From Planctomycetota bacterium (lineage in GTDB: Bacteria; Planctomycetota; UBA1135): 64,000 nt of DNA. Positions 60,002 through 64,000 of this stretch are shown here, in pieces. The notes beneath the pieces are model-generated. The model saw only the letters and a list, made by a program, of their open reading frames with translations. It did no database searches and had not been told where the DNA came from. The stretch lies in contig JASFYO010000036.1 in assembly GCA_045047305.1 (NCBI GenBank), forward strand, positions 1 through 64,000, given 5' to 3'. The first letter of the stretch is position 1; each line of letters starts with the position of its first letter. A program made the translations under genes and the position numbers.

Positions 60002-61687
60002 CTAGTAAACGATAGAAGACGGAAGGCTCAGCCCGTGAAGTTTTGAGTTGGTGCTTCGCTTCATGGTGGATTCCAAGGTTAGAAACTCAACCGGAATGGA
60101 ATAAGTTTGCACCTCAGCTGAATTCCGAATCTGAACCTGGAAAAGCTGGCCTTGGGCGTCCGTCGCATCCGCACCCACGGCCACAGAAGGCCCTCTTGGC
60201 GACGATCTCTGTAGATAGAACCGCACCAAAGTAGATCCACTCCAAGGAAGACTGATGGTGATGGTCCCATCGGTTTCAAAATAGGACGTTTCAACTTTTC
60301 TACCGCTTGGATTTCCATCGGCGTCCACCTTCCAAAGTCGTGCATAGAAATCCCATTCGTCGGACAAGCCAGCAAAGGCATTCACCCTTAGCTGGATAGG
60401 GAAGCCTTCCTGAAGCACCACGGTTTCGTCTTGCATGAGGTTCAACACCTGAACCGTCATCTTGCCCACACATGAAATTTCCAGATCGAATAGAGGAGTG
60501 CGCCCAATCATGTGGATGATTCCCTTTTTACCGTCCTGAGCTACACCGCCGTTCAAATCGCGAACAGATGCATACTTCAAAAAAGAGCCGTATTCATCTT
60601 TCACCTTTATCTTGATTTGGTGCAAGATTCCGCGGGCATCTAAATCGGGGAGGATGACTTCTTTGGATCCCGAGGGAATAAACACCTCTTTCCAGCGATA
60701 GAGTTCTATTTTGGTACGAGCATGGCGAAGCACCAAATCCACATTCCCAGGCGGAACTTTCCGGAACGAATACCCTCCTTTCGAGCGGGACAGCCAGCGA
60801 TCAACCAGGACCGCTTTGGAGATTTCACCTGCATCACCGACCATCTGCAATTCAAAATGGCTGGCCTTGAATTCCGGATCTAATAGAACTTTCCCCTCCA
60901 CCCTCAGGGATTGCAATAGCGCGAAGCGGACTCCCCTATCGCCAACACTTACACTCCGACGGAAGCTCAGGAAACCCTTGCAACTCGCTTCCAGCAAGAG
61001 CTCTCCCTCGGCATCACTTCCCTTAATTTCAAAGTTGCCGCGCGAGTCAGTGTAGGTCATCGATTCTGGCAGAGGCTCCCAACGCCTTTGTTGGGAGCCT
61101 TTTCGTGAAACCGATATTTTTGCCGCAGCCACACGATCTCCGTAAGCATCTAGCACCACCCCTGCGACCATGACGGGGAATACGTCGACCACAAAGTCCC
61201 CCAACGCGAACACCTTGTCCTTGGGATCCCAACTAAAGTCAGCTTGAGCCCCGCGCGCAGGCCGGGTTTGAGTCTTGCGTATGGCAACCGCAAAGGTGCG
61301 AGTCGCCGGCAGCATCATGTATCGCTCAAGGGGGAAGTGAAAGTTGCCGCTGGCATCCGTCCGTAATTTGCGACGGTAGCGCACATCGCTTTTATCCGAT
61401 TCAACCCTTATGCTTACTTTGAATTCGAGGTTTGAAGCTACCATCCCCTCAGCATTCAAAATCCGGCCCGACAAGACGTAACCTTCGGCAGACACATCGA
61501 CTTCGCTTGGTTGTACCGTCGACTCACGGGTCATGCTTATTGCCGGCAAGTCCGTTGCGTTGGGCCGCAGTGGCTCAAGCTTAATTTCAGGAGTATCCCC
61601 TTGGCTAGTTGGCGGTTCAGGCTGGACAAACATGACCAATCCAATCACCCCAATCACTAACCCGAGCAGAAGAAAAGCCCTTTGCAT
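60002..61687 (-). CDS. Membrane-anchored carboxypeptidase-regulatory-like protein
   Basis: N-terminal TM, GRILNAEG, TDASGNF, LLDPEF, DLDARG. Confidence 0.7.
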   Translation of the reverse strand: MQRAFLLLGLVIGVIGLVMFVQPEPPTSQGDTPEIKLEPLRPNATDLPAISMTRESTVQPSEVDVSAEGYVLSGRILNAEGMVASNLEFKVSIRVESDKSDVRYRRKLRTDASGNFHFPLERYMMLPATRTFAVAIRKTQTRPARGAQADFSWDPKDKVFALGDFVVDVFPVMVAGVVLDAYGDRVAAAKISVSRKGSQQRRWEPLPESMTYTDSRGNFEIKGSDAEGELLLEASCKGFLSFRRSVSVGDRGVRFALLQSLRVEGKVLLDPEFKASHFELQMVGDAGEISKAVLVDRWLSRSKGGYSFRKVPPGNVDLVLRHARTKIELYRWKEVFIPSGSKEVILPDLDARGILHQIKIKVKDEYGSFLKYASVRDLNGGVAQDGKKGIIHMIGRTPLFDLEISCVGKMTVQVLNLMQDETVVLQEGFPIQLRVNAFAGLSDEWDFYARLWKVDADGNPSGRKVETSYFETDGTITISLPWSGSTLVRFYLQRSSPRGPSVAVGADATDAQGQLFQVQIRNSAEVQTYSIPVEFLTLESTMKRSTNSKLHGLSLPSSIVY

Positions 61688-61712
61688 AGATGGAGTTTAG
61701 CAGGCTGTAGGT

Positions 61713-62405
61713 CTATTCAATTCCCAGAGAGGGTTGCTGTACGACAGCAAGGTCTTCTAGGCGTATCGCCGTGAGCATTCCCCCGTAAACGCAACCGGTA
61801 TCTAGGCCGTAGGCAAGCGGCTCACCGTCTTCGCTTTGGTGCATGCCAGCGGCAGATTGAGCGTGACCAAAGAGGACAAATTCGGGACCCTCCCAGGCTT
61901 CATGCCACAACGGAGCACCGGGACGGTCGTGGCAACGGCTGAGACGGATGATTTCGGCTGCTTGCATATCTTCGACCTTGCGCCCTGGGAGTACGGAAGC
62001 GTGAACCAAAATCCAATTACGTTGCGTGTTTGGCGCCGCCCATGCAGAGCCGTTACAAACACCGCGCAAAAAGTATTTTCGGCCTTGTAAAAAATCGAAA
62101 AACTCTTCGGCTACGGGAAGCGCAGAAGGGTCCATCTTGGCTTGGTTGTCGCCACGCAAATCGCCGCCATAGCCCGTTGCGGCACCTTGCTTCAACAAAG
62201 CCCGCTCATGATTGCCGAGAACCATGTCGAAAGTATCGCCTAGGCCTTGCAGGATGCGTAATACCCCAACCGGGTCGGGGCCGCGGTGAAAAAGATCGCC
62301 GGCGGAGAGGAATCGATCACCAGGTTGCAGGTCGATAGTTGCTAACAGCAATGCCAACTCTTTTGCGCAACCGTGAACGTCGCCCACCACCCAGGTGGAT
62401 GTCAT
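61713..62405 (-). CDS. Metallophosphoesterase (ApaH/PrpE-like)
   Basis: GDVHG, GDLFHRGP, GNHE, FGH, LDTGCVYGG.LTA; ATGA overlap with the upstream gene. Confidence 0.88.
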   Translation of the reverse strand: MTSTWVVGDVHGCAKELALLLATIDLQPGDRFLSAGDLFHRGPDPVGVLRILQGLGDTFDMVLGNHERALLKQGAATGYGGDLRGDNQAKMDPSALPVAEEFFDFLQGRKYFLRGVCNGSAWAAPNTQRNWILVHASVLPGRKVEDMQAAEIIRLSRCHDRPGAPLWHEAWEGPEFVLFGHAQSAAGMHQSEDGEPLAYGLDTGCVYGGMLTAIRLEDLAVVQQPSLGIE

Positions 62406-64000
62406 ACCGATTTCGCGATTTCTTCCGTCCACGCCGCTTCTACTTCCGCCATGAGATCACCTAAGTGGTCGCCTCGTGGGTCGAACTTCAAGCCGGCGGC
62501 CTCGAACAGTTCCGGAAGCTTACGCGAGCCACCGAGAGCCAAACCTTCGACGTAACGGTCGACGGCTTCGCTCGGATTGTTGCGGTAGCGCACCCACAGC
62601 TGACAGGCGCCCATTTGCGCGAGCGCATATTCGATGTAGTAAAACGGCACTACAAAAATATGCAATTGACGATGCCACAGCGTTGCGCGTTGCTCCGTTA
62701 ACCCACTCCAATCAACGCCAGCGGAAAAGCGTTCCTGAATCGCCATCCATGCATCCCTCCGCTGCTCGCGCGTGTGATTTTCATGGGTGTAAATCCACTG
62801 CTGGAAGCCATCGACGGCAGCGACCCATGGAAAGGTAGTGGCCATGCCTTCTAAAGCGTGAATGCGGGTGCTGCGTGCATCAGCGGCAGGGTAGACCTCG
62901 GCGTAATGCTCGGTGGCCATGGCCTCCATCCCCATGGAGGCGACCTCGGCGAACTCTAGTGGTGGCATGCGATAAGCAACTGGCTCCAGGTCACGACACA
63001 GCAATCCGTTCAAGGCATGCCCGCCTTCATGCACTAAAGTTTCGACATCGCCGTGGGTGGTACCGGAATTAGCGAAGATGATCGGTACGCGGCGGCGTTC
63101 CAGGGTTTCCATAAAGCCACCCGGTGCTTTATGCGGGCGCGTTTCTAAATCGAGCAATCCTTGCTCGAACATCCAGCGCAGTTCACTGCCGAAGGAATCA
63201 CGCACACCCGACATCATCTTGGAGGCAACATCGACTTGGCCTTGTGCACTGGCAAAAGGTTCGAAAGCTTTATCCGATTCGGGATCGACGGCCAAATCCC
63301 ACGGGCGCAGCGGATCCAACTGCAACAGTTCTTTACGTCGCGCGGACATGCGCCTCGCCACAGGCATCACGTACTTGGCGACATTCTCCTGAAACGCCAA
63401 ACAATCTTCCGGGGTGTAATCAAACCGCGCTTTGGCTTCGTGCATATAGTCGCGGTAATTATCAAAGCCAGCAATCTTTGCCTGACGCTGGCGCAACTCC
63501 ATCAGATCCTCAAAAAGTGTCTCCAGTTTCTCCGCATCTGCCATGCGCCGTCCCGAGGTCGTGCGCCAACTCGATTCACGTACTTCACGGTCTGGACTCT
63601 CCGAGTACTTGGCCATGGCAGACAAGGTGTGCTCTTCCCCGTTGTACTCCACCATCATCGCGCCCACGATGCGATCGTATTGATTGCTAAGTTTCTCTTC
63701 CTCGGCCTCCAATGCGACATTCTCCTCTCGAAACAAACGCACACCCAACTCAACCTCGCGGTCATACACCTCCCACTTCGAGGAATCCAGCTCCTTGCGA
63801 AATGGGCAATCCAAATACTTGCGATCTAAGCGGTCATCAATCGGCTTGATCAACGGCAAGGTAATGGTTTGGAAATCCATGTAAGACTTTTCCAAGGCTT
63901 CGTCATCTGTTTTGCACACGCTGGCATACATCCGCGCGACGGCTTCTTCGCCAATGCAACTATCCAACTCGGAGCGATCGAGAATCCACTTCTCTAAATC
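62402..64000 (-). CDS. M3-family oligoendopeptidase (5'-partial)
   Basis: HEGGH zinc motif, KAPGG, EFAEVAS, PFYYIEY; frame open to the window edge. Confidence 0.9.
   Translation of the reverse strand, partial: DLEKWILDRSELDSCIGEEAVARMYASVCKTDDEALEKSYMDFQTITLPLIKPIDDRLDRKYLDCPFRKELDSSKWEVYDREVELGVRLFREENVALEAEEEKLSNQYDRIVGAMMVEYNGEEHTLSAMAKYSESPDREVRESSWRTTSGRRMADAEKLETLFEDLMELRQRQAKIAGFDNYRDYMHEAKARFDYTPEDCLAFQENVAKYVMPVARRMSARRKELLQLDPLRPWDLAVDPESDKAFEPFASAQGQVDVASKMMSGVRDSFGSELRWMFEQGLLDLETRPHKAPGGFMETLERRRVPIIFANSGTTHGDVETLVHEGGHALNGLLCRDLEPVAYRMPPLEFAEVASMGMEAMATEHYAEVYPAADARSTRIHALEGMATTFPWVAAVDGFQQWIYTHENHTREQRRDAWMAIQERFSAGVDWSGLTEQRATLWHRQLHIFVVPFYYIEYALAQMGACQLWVRYRNNPSEAVDRYVEGLALGGSRKLPELFEAAGLKFDPRGDHLGDLMAEVEAAWTEEIAKSV

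Noticed and set aside
63161..63829. 222-aa + strand ORF
   Set aside because: Antisense shadow of the M3 peptidase
1..64000. tRNA, rRNA, CRISPR, IS, prophage or defence genes
   Set aside because: None recognisable by eye; short tRNA-like elements cannot be fully excluded without tRNAscan/Infernal

Overview
Gene-dense bacterial chromosomal segment of moderate GC (spot counts about 52-53% in housekeeping genes). The gene repertoire suggests, by inference, an uncultured marine Planctomycetota-like organism. I saw no tRNA, rRNA, CRISPR array, transposase or integrase. Recognisable blocks: a partial CCA-adding enzyme, Fe-SOD, a LonC-type protease, an EboB/TatD hydrolase, moaA, an HtrA protease, a full Na+-NQR operon (nqrABCDEF-apbE, with nqrM displaced to the opposite strand), a full cbb3 oxidase locus (fused ccoNO, ccoQ, mono-heme ccoP, ccoG, fixH, DsbD-like, ccoI, and a ccoS missed by the ORF track), a glyQS-ptsI block, an HxlR/GST pair, a TonB-dependent receptor with TonB, a metallophosphatase and a partial M3 oligopeptidase. 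The most notable unexplained items are: (i) a protein of four gapless Myb/GcrA-DBD-like HTH repeats downstream of an orphan PTS enzyme I, with its own candidate promoter and palindrome, heading a DUF971/membrane/GT-C operon; (ii) up to seven membrane-anchored beta-sandwich proteins, four clearly paralogous; (iii) a recurrent TAnnnT-N6/7-start signature indicating leaderless mRNAs; (iv) a three-hairpin candidate sRNA; (v) a low-GC islet encoding a PGRS-like glycine-rich secreted protein, with an (ATGAAGAA)x3 start relay, beside a decaying gene.
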